In this document: positions 13,495-25,195 of the stretch, one piece after another
Layout: each line of letters starts with the position of its first letter
Numbering within the stretch: the first letter of the stretch is position 1
Assembly: GCA_023515725.1 (NCBI GenBank)
Contig: JALDTO010000179.1
Location: forward strand, 578,053 to 642,052
Source of the DNA: Amoeboaphelidium protococcarum X5
Taxonomy: Eukaryota; Fungi; Aphelidiomycota
Direction of reading: 5' to 3'
Length of the DNA: 64,000 nucleotides
Translations under genes and position numbers: made by a program
Notes under the pieces: model-generated
The model's input: only the letters and a program-made list of their open reading frames with translations
The model's database searches: none
Told to the model about the DNA's origin: nothing

Positions 13495-14562
13495 TCAATC
13501 ATCATGTAGTACTACAGCGCCTTCGTCAACCGCCTACAACTTTACAAATCTCGCTTTAATTCCGCTCACTCCTCCAAATTTAGATGCATCCTATGACTGC
13601 ACAATATCCACCATTTTGTATCCAATTGCATCTTCTGAGTTGTCGTAGCAGAGCGCGAGTATGGAAGGTCCAGCACCACTTAATACGATGCCAATAAGCC
13701 CCGGCGTGTTTATAGGATTCATGTTAGACAGCATATCAGTGAGGCCCGGAACGAGGGGCGATCGATACGGCTGATGTATCTTGTCTTTAAGAAGTTCATA
13801 CATATCCAATGCCAAGTCACGGTCAATAATGCTGTGCTCCTTCCGTGATAACATTGCAACAAAGACCGCCATCCGTTGCAAATTCTGTACAGTGTCTGCA
13901 CGCGAATAAAACTCTGGCAATACTTTACGCGCTTCAGAAGTACTGAGTTAATATTCCGGTATGACCACCACCAACTTAATATTAGAGTTCCATGAGAGCT
14001 TTTAAAATCCACAGCGATGTCTAATCGTACCATTATTACTTGTTTACTATCTCTCCTCCTCACTGCGATTATATCCAATAACAAGGCCGCCAAATAGACA
14101 GGCGCCCACATTATCAGGATGACTTTCAACTTCTAGAATATAATCAAACAGCGTGTGCCGATCCAACTTGAGATTGTAAATTTCATTACAAGCCATCATA
14201 CCTGCTACTATTGCAGATGCAGACGATCCAAGACCACGAGATAGAGGTATCTGGTTTTCAATCTTCATGCGAAGTCCGCTTGGTAAGATATTGACTGAAT
14301 ACTGACCACCTGTCCATAAATCTGCCTACTTCAAAGCAACTCTAGAGTATAGATATAGGAACGCCTGTAGAATTAAATTGTCTTGGCCATGACTGATGCC
14401 TGAAGACTCAGTGCCAGAGCATTCTATTAGGCATCCTATGGCAGCGCTGACAGTGCTGACTTCAACAGTCAGAAAAAGGTTCAACGCAATGCCAGCAGTA
14501 TCGAACGCACATCCAATATTAGCAGATGAAGCGGGGACTCTAACTTTAACAGCCTTGCTCAT
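13495..14562 (-). CDS. THR1: Homoserine kinase
   Basis: VRVPASSANIG, GHMP motif IPLSRGLGSSASA, ESHPDNV, LSGAGPS; TGA stop at 13495-13497. Confidence 0.95.
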
Positions 14563-14773
14563 CTTACCTATTTTTCAAAGTTGTAACAGATATGAGTTGG
14601 TAAGTAATACCAAAATTTTCTAGTTAATGAGCGTTAATTGAAAAACTGGTTATTGCGCGACGCGTTACTGAAAGAGTTTGATGTACCGAACAAAGTAAAG
14701 ATTGATGTACAAATGTGTCGCATTCAACAACAGTGAACTTTTAATAGAATATTCCTCATTATACCATGTATTG

Positions 14774-15844
14774 TCATAAAATACCCTTCTTTTGTGCATA
14801 CTCGGCATTCATAATGGCACTTCCAGCGGCACCTAGAATAGTATTATGAGACAGGAGGGTAAATGTCAAATCCCAATAATTTCCCTTTCTCAATCTACCA
14901 ACAGTAACCGCAAACCCACGTTCATTCATCAAATCCAGTCGTGGCTGAGGTCTATTGTTTTCGTCTCTTACTATTATACATTTCTCAGGTGCAGATGGAA
15001 GATTTAAACTTTAGGCTTCACACTTGTACTCTTTAAGAACGTTTGCAACTTCGTTAATATCTTTAGGAGGTCTTGAGAATTTGATTGAGACCGTCTCAGT
15101 ATGACCATCTATAACGGGTACTCGATGACAAACGGCATCAATCATGATATTCTGATCAATGAACTTGTTGCCACTCAACTCACCTAGAATCTTGAGAGGC
15201 TCGGTCTCAATCTTATGCTCTTCATCTCCAATGTATGGAATCACATTACCCACAATGTCCATAGCACTAACACCAGGATATCCTGCGCCACTGATTGCTT
15301 GCATTGTACATACATGAACTTGCTGTAATCCATAGGCGTCATGAAGAGCTTTCAAGGGAACCACCAAGCCTGTGGACGAACAGTTGGCATTTGTCACGAT
15401 AAAACCGCCATTCTAAAGTTGTAACACTGACTACTAATGCTAAACCATCTGCATATGCTAAGGATTGACCAATGGCACGGCAAGAGGTACCAACTCATCC
15501 ATGCGGTGGTTCTTGGCGTTGCTAAACACTGCGAATCCGCTCCGTCTAAACTCTTCTTCAATCTCGCCGGCAACATCACTGTCCAGACCGGAGAATATGA
15601 CGCGACACCCAGTGAAGTTTTAAGGCTCACAAAGCTGGACTTGAAGACTGGCGACCTGAGGCGGGATACTAGTGTCCAACTTCCACTGCTTACACGCTTC
15701 AATATAAGGCACTCCAGCAGACTTGGACGATGCACCAACAGCTCCCACTTCGAACCAAGGATGGGATTCCAGCAATTGGATGAATCTTTGACCCACCATT
15801 CCAGTCGCCCCTAATATACCACACTTGATCTTTTCAGTAGACAT
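14774..15844 (-). CDS. HOM2: Aspartate-semialdehyde dehydrogenase
   Basis: [13 protein letters not shown], catalytic [34 protein letters not shown]. Confidence 0.95.
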
Positions 15845-16561
15845 TGTATGATTGAAGATATGACTTATTTATGAATGGCCAATTAGAACGCGAGTATACC
15901 GAGTCTTTCTAAAGTTCAATCAGACGAGTTTAATACAAATGGCTCAGCAGCGAACAACTTAAAGGAAACGAGTCAAACATGAAAAGAATGATCTAAGCAA
16001 ATTGCTTGTGCGTGTGAACAATTCATATGCAATGACTCGCGTAAGATAGAATAATTTCAGAGGAAATAAGTAAAATACAGTACAAGTGTGTTATTGGGAA
16101 CATAAGAATTTATTATGTAGAAATTGCGGACTCCAATGTAATAGTATGTTATCTTCATCACAGTGCGCTTTGCAAAGCACCTGGATGTTTCTTGACAACG
16201 GGCGTTGAAACTTTACCAATCGACTTTCGTAAATTCAAAAACCAAAAAGAGAGGGAGAGAGAGACAGAGAGCGGCAAAGAGGAGAGAAACACTCAACGAC
16301 GGCGACGGCTCGTAACTCTTTCCTTGTTCAACTATCTCGAAACATACAGTAATTCAGAATAACAGAGTGGCATTTAGCTCTACTGTATTTTGACTTAATT
16401 CTAGAGCTAGTAGTACATAGTGTCTGATTACTGTGTAAAGTTCAAGAAGAATATTGTTACATTTGTATTCAGTTGGTTCTTTTGAGTAATATTATTGTTT
16501 ATTTATTCATTCATTTGAAAGCTGTACTACAGAGAGATATTAGATAGTGTTGTGATAATAA

Positions 16562-17213
16562 ATGGCTCCTCCAGTGAAAGCATAAGCAGAGTCTCATAGT
16601 GTCGTGGTTGTGGGCAGTGGTGGTGTTGGAAAGTCTTGTCTGAGTATCAGATTTTTGAAGGATGAGTTTAGTAATGAGTATGATCCAACTATTGAAGAGA
16701 ATTACCGCAAGAATATCACTGTGGATGATGTGCCGGTCACGATAAACATTGTGGATACTGCTGGTCAGCAAGAGTACACTGCTCTCAGAGATTAGCATTT
16801 GATGTCTGGAGAAGCCTTTCTGTTGGTATTTGCTATCAATGATAAGAACTCTTTCTAGGAGACTAAACAGTTGCGTGAATCCATTGTGAACATGAGGAAT
16901 ACCACAAAGGTGCCGTTTGTTGTTGCCGGTAACAAATGCGATATGGAGGATAAGAGAGAGGTGGACAAGGAGCAGGCCAAGGAGTGGTGCACCGGTGTCA
17001 AGTGTCCTTACATTGAAACTTCAGCTAAAGTAAGTTTTTAATTATTATGAATTGTATGTGGTCATGTGGTGATTATGATTTTAATTGTAGAGCAACATCA
17101 ATGTAAGCGAGTCATTCCACTAGCTGATTAGAGAAATCTGGAAGATCAAGTCCAAGGCTGGCGCTGGAGCTGGTAAAGGTAAAAAGAAGTCTGGTGGGTG
17201 CATCTTGTTCTGA
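16562..17213 (+). CDS. Ras-family small GTPase with CaaX; intron 17030-17090
   Basis: GSGGVGKS, YDPTIEENY, DTAGQ, NKCD, ETSAK, C-terminal KKKSGGCILF. Confidence 0.92.
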
Positions 17214-18850
17214 TGTTATTATTATACTGAATTGAGTTATCTATATATATATGAGAACAGATGTATCAGTAATATTCCCTGTATTTCTTCCCTACTTAGA
17301 ACGCATATGGATGGCTAACATTTGATTTACAGCATCATTACTATGTCACTTTAAGTCATTTTATTAGTTGAAGAGTAGTGCTACTTGTGATGACTGTAGC
17401 ATCTGCTTTGGCGTTAGCTTCTACAGCTTATATCACTCCTTGCTCGAAGTGTTGCAGCCTGGATACGGTATCTCTTACAAACTGATTAAAGCCCATGGAG
17501 CTGCATTTCCTTCGAAATTTTGATAAACCACTTGCTTCAACTTTGTCAACAGAACATGAGTATACGTCTGATTATCCGATCAAATGAAATCTTTATAGAT
17601 GCTTCTCACCCAAATCATCTAATAAATTTGTAGTCAATATACATTAGGGGTTAGACCCATTAGCAGCAATCGCGCATTGAAGAGAACTGACGTTTATTGA
17701 AGCAGCAGGATAGTTCACAAATAGTGGCAGGACAATCATTACAATGGACGCGTCAAGCACATTATAATGTTTATCTATTCGATCATCATTTTGAAAATAG
17801 TTTCAAAGATATTTTTCGTGCTTACTGCTAACACTGCTCAGAAACTTTGACCGCAGCTTTCGTTTCAAATTCATTTCAGTTCAATTTCTCTCGGCGCCTC
17901 ATTTGAGAGAGCGAGGGTATACGCTTCTTACGAAGAAATTAGGTAATTTGAGGATTTATTCGACGTGTGTTAGTTCAATTTTGACAAGAATAACGCCTTT
18001 TGTTGACATGGCTCTATGCTCGCAATAACGAATTAAAATGCTCCGTTCTGTCTTTTTCCTCCCGAACAAGAATGCATCGGTATTGGTGGTCACAGATTTA
18101 TAAACGTTAAAATGGCTAGTATACTAAGGTACTCGGTGTTCAGATCAGGCGAATGCAAAGGAAGGTATGCACGCCATCCTAATGAGAATTACATTTCGAG
18201 CAACTCAATAGGTACTGAGGTAGTTTGTTAAGAGTTTGGAATAATTGTCGTACTGCCTTGAAAATATGTGGTGGGAATAACATCTTTAAAGTTGGCATCA
18301 ATATATTGTCCTTTGCAAGTTTCTTTCTGACTTGAATACTGAACCTCGTGTAAAATTTAGAATGATGCTCATTAGAACATGAAAACACGCAACTTATAAA
18401 AAAGTACAGGGCATCTGAAAAATCGTGAATAGTTACCGCTGCTATTGTGCTTAGATATCATTATCATAGCCAGACGCTGGTATCAAAAAATAGAAAATTA
18501 CGTTGAAGATTAGTGAGGCAAATTTTGACATGTCGACTGAGTAGAGAGAAACAACCTGATCCAAAAATTGATAACTCTCGGTGTTCTTGCCGGCTATTGG
18601 ATATAGTCGACACTTGAAATTGTGTGGATTAATCCATACTGGTGCAATTTTGTATATTTAATACTCACGAGTGAAATAAGGACATTCTGGCTTGACCGAT
18701 GGTTTCATAGTTGTGATTTGATATGACGTGTTTGCTTGCAATCATATCCATTAATGTGATAGAAGATCAGCGTGAGGTGTAGGCCAGCTTTGAACGCGCC
18801 TTCAGTGTTACAAAGTTAAATTGCCCAGAGTTACGACTTTAAATCATAAA

Positions 18851-19261
18851 ATGTATTGCAAATGCTTATTTTGCTTTGGAATCGCAAATGGGAAATTTAA
18901 TTTCTACCCAGCATATACTAATCCCACCAATTAGAATGTAACACAGGTGGCTGCGGATATCATATTTAGATATCGGGACCTCATTAAGGAGAAGTAGTCT
19001 TGCCCAAAGTTGTAGACTCTGGGAGTTCTGCCGGAGGCTAATTATATCAATCGCTCCAGAATTAAGTAAGGGCATCCTGGCCTGACAGAGCGTTTTAGAC
19101 GCATGAGTTGGGAGGAGGTCTTCTCCTTTGTGAGTGATAATTTGGGTGAAGATTAACGTGAGGTATTGGACAGCTTTAAACGCGTCTTCAATGTGATTAA
19201 AGCAGAGTCAAAGTTGGCGAAACCATTTGAAGGGTGGTTGACTAGATAAAGTGGAAAGTGA
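18851..19261 (+). CDS. Hypothetical 136-aa ORF or gene fragment
   Basis: Open under table 6 from ATG to TGA. Part of it (EDQREVLDSFKRVF) is duplicated in degraded form at ~18760-18830. No family recognised. Confidence 0.3.
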
Positions 19262-19418
19262 TGTGTTGATGGTGGTGCTGTGTATACATGTATTAATTTA
19301 AGTTGAATTGAGTTTCATACAAGACCAAATGTATCAAAAACAGATTTTACATTTCTTTGCCACTTAGAACTTGACGGACGTAACGTATACGGATAGCTAT
19401 TGCTTGTAATACACATCA

Positions 19419-20408
19419 TCACTTTTAGGACTGCTTCAGCCATAACAAAACTTAAGGAGTAAAATAACTAATGATGACTGTGGCACCAGCTCTAGCGTAA
19501 GCTTCAATAGCCTCCATTACTCCCTACTGGTAATCTACAAGGCCAAGTGTATTAGCAGCATGATACAGCATTGAATACTCCCCCGACACTTGGTAGACAG
19601 CTATGGCATGGTTAGGAGCCATATGTTTGGCATCAGACACTACATCTAGATACGGATATCCAGGCTTAACCATGACAATATCCGCGCCTTCTTGTACATC
19701 TCTATGTATTGCACGCTTGGCAAGTCCTTTCGCACCTGCCGGCAGTTGATAACATTTACGATCTCCCTCGGCGGGGCTTGATTTGGCAGCATCTCGGAAA
19801 GGACCATAGAAAGCACTGGCAAATTTAGCACTGTAGCTCATCAACAATACAGAGCTTCCAAATCCATCAGCGATCAACTGATCTTTAATAGACTTGACGC
19901 GACCGTCTGACATATCAGATGGAGCAATACAATCTGCTCCAGCGCTGGCAAGTCTAGAAGCCATTAAGGCGAGAGCCTATGTGGTTTTAACATTATCCAT
20001 ATGGCCGTATTTATCCAGTACGCCGCAATGACCATGGTCAGTCCACGCGCAGAGACACACGTCGCAAGCGATAAAAAGCTTAGGATATGCCTTTTTGATC
20101 AAAGGTATCACATCACATAGATGATTGGAATTTATAGCAGCCGACGGGTCTGATCTCTTTATAGAACTATCAGTCACCACAGGAAAGAGGATGATTGAAG
20201 ACAGGCCATTGTTAATCAGAGGTTCGAGCGCCGCCACAACATTATCTATTCCGTAGCGGTATTGACCAGGCATTGACTCGATCTCTTATTAAGCGTCGCG
20301 TTAGTCCAACACAAAAACTGGGTACATCATATTCTCAGCTTTGAAAGCGTACTGCTTCTACCATTCACGAGCCACTGGATGTCTATACGATGCATGTAGA
20401 AGATTCAT
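19419..20408 (-). CDS. HEM2: Delta-aminolevulinate dehydratase (porphobilinogen synthase)
   Basis: Zn-binding [44 protein letters not shown]. Confidence 0.96.
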
Positions 20409-20929
20409 AAAATATAAATCAATAAATCAATGAAGTAAATAAAACAGAGAAATATCAATTGTATATGCCGAGTGGCTGATGTCTATCATTCAAGGATCAG
20501 AAGTTAATGATTGTGGCGTCTTGATCCATGTGAAAAAACTTTTCCGCTTCGGTTCAGGGGCGACGTTCTGGACGTCAATCCCAACATGCACCCCCTGTTC
20601 AGAACGTCCTGTCCAATCACTAAGACTAGCGCATTTCGGCGAAACTCGTATCCTGCAACCTTCTTAGTCCAAATGCTTCTAAATGCCTGTCTAGCACACT
20701 TAGAGGAACTGGCTTGGTTAACAGGTCGTGTTGGATTTTCTTAGTAAAAAATGTAGTGCTGTTAAGCTTGGTATTTAACCTCAAAGAGAAAGAGAAGATT
20801 GATAATCAAGATCTGTGTCACTATCAGTGATCAGCCTATCATAAGCGGCTTCTCTAACTACATTGTTACACGACTAATCAGATTGCGTAGAATAACTCAA
20901 CTCAAATTCCAACAGAAAGCTTATTACAA

Positions 20930-21440
20930 CCGGTGGTTCCATAAGTGGAAGCCGAAGATTATGTACATGTGCCTGCTGACCGAGCTGAGATGAATGAGTA
21001 ACATGGTCCATTGGCGCGTCAAAAATATAAATTTTGGTGCAACTAATTGAGAGATGGGTGGTAAAACAATGCTGTTGACAAGAATGTCAAGGATGCCATT
21101 ATTGAAATCAAGGGACAAGACTTGGTCGATTTAGCTTTTTTGTAGTGTTTCGCGATCGACTCCTGGCGCATGTGCGCAGTTTGGTTAGACGTGTCGAACA
21201 TGAGTAAATTGAAGTTGTTTCTAATGACATACGCTGTTATGCTAAACGCTTTATCAATAAGCCGTCTGATCATTGGAAAGAAGTCGAAGATGAATGCTTT
21301 GCGGATTGGTGCGCTCTTCCTCGTCGTACTCTGGAGCTGTATTCTGAGAGAACAAATTTTGCTGAAATGAAGGCGTATCTAGAGAAGCACACCAATTGGA
21401 GCGGTGATCTTGGACAAAATGGCCTTAGTTGGAGCTGAGG
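20930..21440 (+). pseudogene. Possible frameshifted remnant of an unknown protein gene
   Basis: Protein-like reading in one frame up to the T-run at ~21135-21141, then in another frame (RDRLLAHVRSLVRR...KEVEDECFADW...). No family recognised. Confidence 0.25.
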
Positions 21441-22072
21441 CTGATCCAACGACCAATGACATTTATGGCAATCCTAAAAACCCTGATTTGGCAATGTTGT
21501 CATAAAGTCGCACTAGGCGACTAGCATGAAGATGACAAAGCGCCTCCTAGCTTAAACCAGAGGAGGCGCAACGCGATTATTACTATTGAAATCATGAGCG
21601 AATAGACTTTATTCGAGTGGTTAACTCAAATTTATTTAAAGTCTATTATCGTCTTTATAACACAGGATACATTTCGCGTCTCGTTGTAATCATTGTACTG
21701 TATATGCTTAACAACTCCCGTGAGAATTAAGTTGGGCTCTAAGGTAGAGAAAATCTATATGAAGAGATAAGAAAAGGATCGTGCAAAACAGCTTTTCTAC
21801 ATTGTGATGGCTAGCTAACGATCATTGTGCCCTATACTATCAACAATGGCAAAGATCTTTAACGAGTTATATGCTATATGGCCATAACCAGGGCCTCAAC
21901 GGCACCGAATTCATTGAATATATGACAAATAATGCTGTAAGTTACTTAATTCGCATAAGAGACTGAACGCGAACATAAACAGGCCAAATTTGAACATATT
22001 TTTACATCTTTATAAACTTTCAGTATCGCGACCAAATTGAGACTTTTGTCGAGTTAAGGTGAGCGGCACTGT

Positions 22073-22338
22073 ATTCATGCAATGTTGGTCATTGATCAAA
22101 AGATTGCATCACATATGATAGCATCTCATAGCAGCAAAACCCAAGCGGTGGACAGAGCCACAAAAGTTATAGACAGGAACGCGCTAATAGAACCAGAAGA
22201 ACTGTTTACGTCATTACCTTCGGCAGTAGCATTTCCAGAAGGAGTAGGAGTTACAGCAGTTCCAGTAATCATGATCACAGACGTGAAATATGGCTTTGAG
22301 ATGATGGACGCGTCTGAAACACTTTCACTCGCCTTTGA
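22073..22338 (-). pseudogene. Duplicated 3' fragment of the GPI-anchored protein gene at 28193-28900
   Basis: Near-identical direct repeat of 28153-28450, including 3' flank, with a 45-nt in-frame deletion. Lacks the signal peptide and N-terminal domain. Confidence 0.85.
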
Positions 22339-22477
22339 CTTTGCCGTCACCAACGTCAATTCTTCCGCAGCTAATTGATCGCGTTTCAGTCTGAATCGAA
22401 CGAGTCTTGGCTGATACCACTCTTCACGCGTCTTCTTCAATCTCATCAAATCTGTTACAGCTAAACTTTGTGATATC

Positions 22478-25075
22478 ATGTAATCTGAGTATCTGATACA
22501 GTTGTTGAATTTACCTGACATTACTTTGTCATAGTATTTGAGTGCACGTGACTTGTTTGAATTGTGCTTGACATGCAAAAGTTTGCAAGGGATGCTGCTG
22601 CATGATCGTCAGTTTGTCAAGTCTGTGTATATGCATTATTATGGTCCTGTGATGACTGCATTGCGTGTGAAGAACCACAAGTATTTGCAGTTAAAGACCA
22701 CTTAAGATTATCTGTATTTTATGGACAAGTGCATTGTGTAAAGTGAGTCTTTGATGTAATACGTGAAGGACGAATGGGTTGACGCGTAGATGGTTTCACT
22801 GCACAGTTTACACAAGAACGCGTTCAAAGATTGGTTGGAAGCTATTAATTCGCTATTTGAAATTAAAGAAGTAAACCCTTGGCCTGAGCTGGATGACAAT
22901 TTTATGTTTCCGGTAAGAAATGTTGATGGCTGGGCTTCATATTACGAATACAAGTTCGAGTACTATCATGAATTATGCGAGATGAACGTTTCATCTTACA
23001 ATTTGCTTAGTGAAACGAATAAAGAGTACGCGGAATGCATGGCTCTTTATTACAAACAGTGTCTGTATGGAACGCCATAAAATTTCCATGAAGAAGAAGA
23101 AGAAGAAGAAGAAGAAGAGTCAAAAGCTCTCGAGCTTGATCAGTTTCTAGATTAGAAATATGGCTTTTATCATGATGCTATCCGAAGATACAGCTTTCTG
23201 TCTTTGCTTGAACTGTATAACTGTGATGATTCATAGAACATTGATCTTGAGGAGAGTTTTACTTCGTTTATTGCCAAATTTGTTGCCTAGTATGGTTCTG
23301 TCTATAATCCTCACTTATTGCAATGGTATGTAGAACGGCTGAATAAATTAAGTTGGTGGGCAAGAAGTAGTCTCTATGACATTATGCTGCAAGAAGGCTA
23401 TATTTCAGGAAGTTTTTGCATTGATTTGTGGTTTTAACAAATAAAAAATGGGTTCTCTGGCCTAGATGATCTCAATAGTGTGTTTTCGAGGACAATTTCT
23501 AGATAATATGACAAATGTAGGCTAAGAAATGAGTTTGAACGCGTCTTACGTTGTGTACCTTTTGAAAAAATACAACAAGAGGTGCTGCCTTTGTTCACAC
23601 TGGAAATTGATAGGGGGCGTTCTCGTTTGTTGGTTTTGCTATTGCTTTTCTATAATCAGTTGAGTGTATCTGGAAACTACTTTGATCAGCTACTGAAATA
23701 GGCCTTGGAACATGGAAATGCGAAAGACACTTCTATCTTGATTGAGGGATTCTACAATGTCATGTAATCGGACACCCCAATGACGAGAATCGTGTTTGAT
23801 CAATGTGTCAACGATTTGAAGGTTGCGCGTTAGCATTCTGTAAACTTGAGTTTTCTGAAGCCATATGTATCTGCTACAAAGTAATCTGATTTAATTAAGG
23901 CTGGTTTTGAAAACTTAATTGCCAGTTATCCTTTGGAATTTCTGATAGGAATTGTCAGTTCTGCTATTGAAACGTTTGATAGTGATGTTGGATGGCTCTT
24001 TGACTGTTGCCTTAGTAAGTTGTCGAGCTTCTATTTGGTATCAGTTGAGCATTCCCGACGTGTATCGAGTTACCATTATTCATCTTCCGAAAGATATATG
24101 GATTAGAAGACGGAAATGTTGTTAGCCATTCTGTAGTTTCTATATGAGCATGTATTCACTATGGATTAGGTGCGAGCTTACTGTATGCAGTTTGATTCCT
24201 CAGTGATTCAAAAGTTTCCTCCTGAGGTCTTGGCAAAGTTAATCTCTGGCATTTAAGATGAAGCTGCTGATTATGAAGCTGATATTTCAAAGATTACTTT
24301 GAAACTGTTTGGCCAGTCCTCGAATGTCATGGTGAAGAATTATGCTTCCTATTGCTTGTCTATGAAAAAAACGATCGAGTTGGTCAAATAACTTTCCAAC
24401 TATTATTGCTTAAGCGAAAGTCTAGTCGACTTGATGCTGAAGAAAGCTATGGGCAACTCGTCGAATCGCGAGTAAAATGAATATGTGCAGTAGTTGCTAT
24501 CAATTGATAACGTTATATTCGACAAAGATGCCGATAAATTTGTACGTTCTGTCGCGTTCTTGAAGCATAAGGGAAGAAAGCTGAGTAAACTCTCTGATTG
24601 TCTTGCTTCTCTCATTACCGCTTATGGTTGTCTTTCTGACGTCTTTGTTGGACTGAAAAAGGCCTTCATGGATGTTCTTAAGCTGGAATTTCAATATGGG
24701 AAGTTTGTACATTTCTTTGAAGACATCAATATTACTGTTGCAAAGGATCCTGTCTTTCTGTAATGGACAATGTTGGCCTGGATCAAAGCGATAAAACGTG
24801 GCATCTATCCTTTCGTGTCCGGATTCGACAAGTTGATTGAAAGTGCATATATATTTGCGCAAGAACTGAACGAATAAGATGCTTATTAATTTGGCGTGTC
24901 GTTTGCAAAAGCCTATGACTTGACTGTTGGCTACTTGTCTGAACATGACATGGACATGTACAAGTACAAGTATGCCTTCGTTAACCTTCTCCGTGCTGTC
25001 AAAAAGCTGAACCATCACCGCGACCGTGAAATGGACGACTCTGATCAAGAAAATAAGAAGCAACGTTGCAACTGA
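22478..25075 (+). CDS. 865-aa protein with N-terminal F-box-like motif and unknown helical body
   Basis: Uninterrupted under table 6. N-terminus LLNLPDITLSQYLSARDLFELCLTCKSL fits the F-box pattern. GAA-repeat poly-Glu at ~23090-23119. Confidence 0.7.
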
Positions 25076-25195
25076 GCCACTGTCTGTCCCTGTATGTTAA
25101 ATGATCAATTATCAATGTTTTTTTAATGTGTCTTATTTTCAGTCTCATTTTTGTTTTCGTCCCGTCCAGTTTGAAACTCTCTGCTGCTAATCAAG

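Noticed and set aside
22126-22578. 150-aa minus-strand ORF as a chimeric GPI protein
   Set aside because: Its 5' part is antisense to the F-box-like gene start and has no signal peptide. Only the 3' part is a duplicated fragment.
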